Shown here: one piece after another, positions 63,122 through 64,000 of the stretch
Position numbering within the stretch: position 1 is the stretch's first letter
Layout: every line of letters begins with the position of its first letter
Assembly: GCA_963717465.1 (NCBI GenBank)
Contig: OY970340.1
Span: 2,848,001-2,912,000, forward strand
Reading direction: 5' to 3'
DNA: 64,000 nucleotides
DNA from: Candidatus Bathyarchaeota archaeon
Lineage (GTDB): Archaea; Thermoproteota; Bathyarchaeia; Bathyarchaeales; Bathycorpusculaceae
Notes under the pieces: generated by a model
What the model saw: only the letters and a program-made list of their open reading frames with translations
The model's database searches: none
What the model was told of the DNA's origin: nothing
Translations under genes and position numbers: made by a program

Positions 63122-64000
63122 TCATACAAGGCTTCTAAGGAAACCTATTATTACATCTCTGCCTGATTGAATAAGTGGATGGTCTATCTTAGCATTGGGC
63201 TCTAGTTGGCGTAGTCTTGCGATTCTGAAGTATATGGGTGGATGTGGATCCATGCCTATCCATTCTTCTAAGCGGAAAAGTGGCATACGCTCATAAAGCA
63301 GTCTTTGGAAACCGATTTTTTCTAAAGCTGATGCTAACACTTGCGGTTTACCAATCACAATAGCTGAGATTAAGTCAGCTCTTGCTTCAAAGAACTTGGC
63401 TACGAAATATGTTAGAGTTGTAATTGCCCACAGGTAAATGAAAAGTAAAATGATGTTGCTTGTTGGGTACAAGCCGAAAATTACGTAGAACCAGAATAGA
63501 TATTGCACCGCTGACAACCCGTACAGCCACAGTGGATCACGTCCTTTAAGGTGACCAAATTCATGCCCCAAAACACTCAAGATTTCCTCCTCATCAAGTT
63601 GCAAAAACGTTCCTGTAGTTATCAAAACGATTCCTCGACTTGGACTGGGCCCAGAAGCCGCTGCGTTGGGAAGCAACGTGTTTGACACTATTATCTCAGG
63701 AACTTTATAGCCGAATTTGTCAGCAGTTTTCTTTACAATTTCGTAAACGTTAACTTTTCGCGCAATAAGATTCTCACTTTTACAATCAATTCCGTATTTT
63801 TGGAATATATCATGGGCATTTTGACAGTTCAGTTCTCCATTTTGAGCTATCGTCTTTTCATAGATTTCCTTCTTCAGTCGGACCATGTAATCCTTAGGAA
63901 TTTTTCTAATTGGTTCATTATCTTCTGGAGATAATGGAAACTGCAGAATGTGAATGAACGGATTTTTCTCGTTGATGTGCCAATCAGCGGACCTAGCAAT
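63122..64000 (-). CDS. M48 (HtpX-like) membrane zinc protease, paralog of 52563..54014; 5' end beyond the right edge
   Basis: PNAAASGPSP.RG, HEFGHLKGRD, EARAD and DPHPPIYFR; upstream IARSADWHINEKNP matches IGRSADWEITESNP of the paralog. Confidence 0.88.
   Translation of the reverse strand: MARSADWHINEKNPFIHILQFPLSPEDNEPIRKIPKDYMVRLKKEIYEKTIAQNGELNCQNAHDIFQKYGIDCKSENLIARKVNVYEIVKKTADKFGYKVPEIIVSNTLLPNAAASGPSPSRGIVLITTGTFLQLDEEEILSVLGHEFGHLKGRDPLWLYGLSAVQYLFWFYVIFGLYPTSNIILLFIYLWAITTLTYFVAKFFEARADLISAIVIGKPQVLASALEKIGFQRLLYERMPLFRLEEWIGMDPHPPIYFRIARLRQLEPNAKIDHPLIQSGRDVIIGFLRSLV

Overview
Archaeal chromosomal window, most likely Bathyarchaeia (TACK). That assignment is inferred from an eL22-like ribosomal protein, a eukaryote-type topoisomerase IB, Nop5/fibrillarin, Hel308, Trm1, a BHB-intron tRNA, and paralogous REC-PAS and TrmB genes. 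Content is mostly housekeeping and metabolic: two PfkA-family kinases, class II Fba, ApgM, a GT4 glycosyltransferase, GalT, aconitase, PyrF, ProC, an IscS-IscU-SufS operon, NiCoT and NikR, DinB, a P-type ATPase and a GC-rich KatG. More than ten conserved genes are split by small indels, which I read as uncorrected long-read errors rather than biology. I found no CRISPR array, transposase, integrase or rRNA. The best leads are: a tRNA-Tyr(GTA) with two BHB introns; the eL22 homolog; a HAD-phosphatase/CTP-dependent polyprenol-kinase fusion; an ATL-like + GIY-YIG + PD-(D/E)xK cluster; a small regulon defined by a repeated TGGTCAC operator; two GC-rich hairpin elements with CU-rich loops; an unannotated 34-aa zinc-finger microprotein; an uncharacterised 'YPxNFVC' paralog pair; and a NikR-type operator on the NiCoT gene. 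All calls come from motif recognition by eye and no database searches were run.
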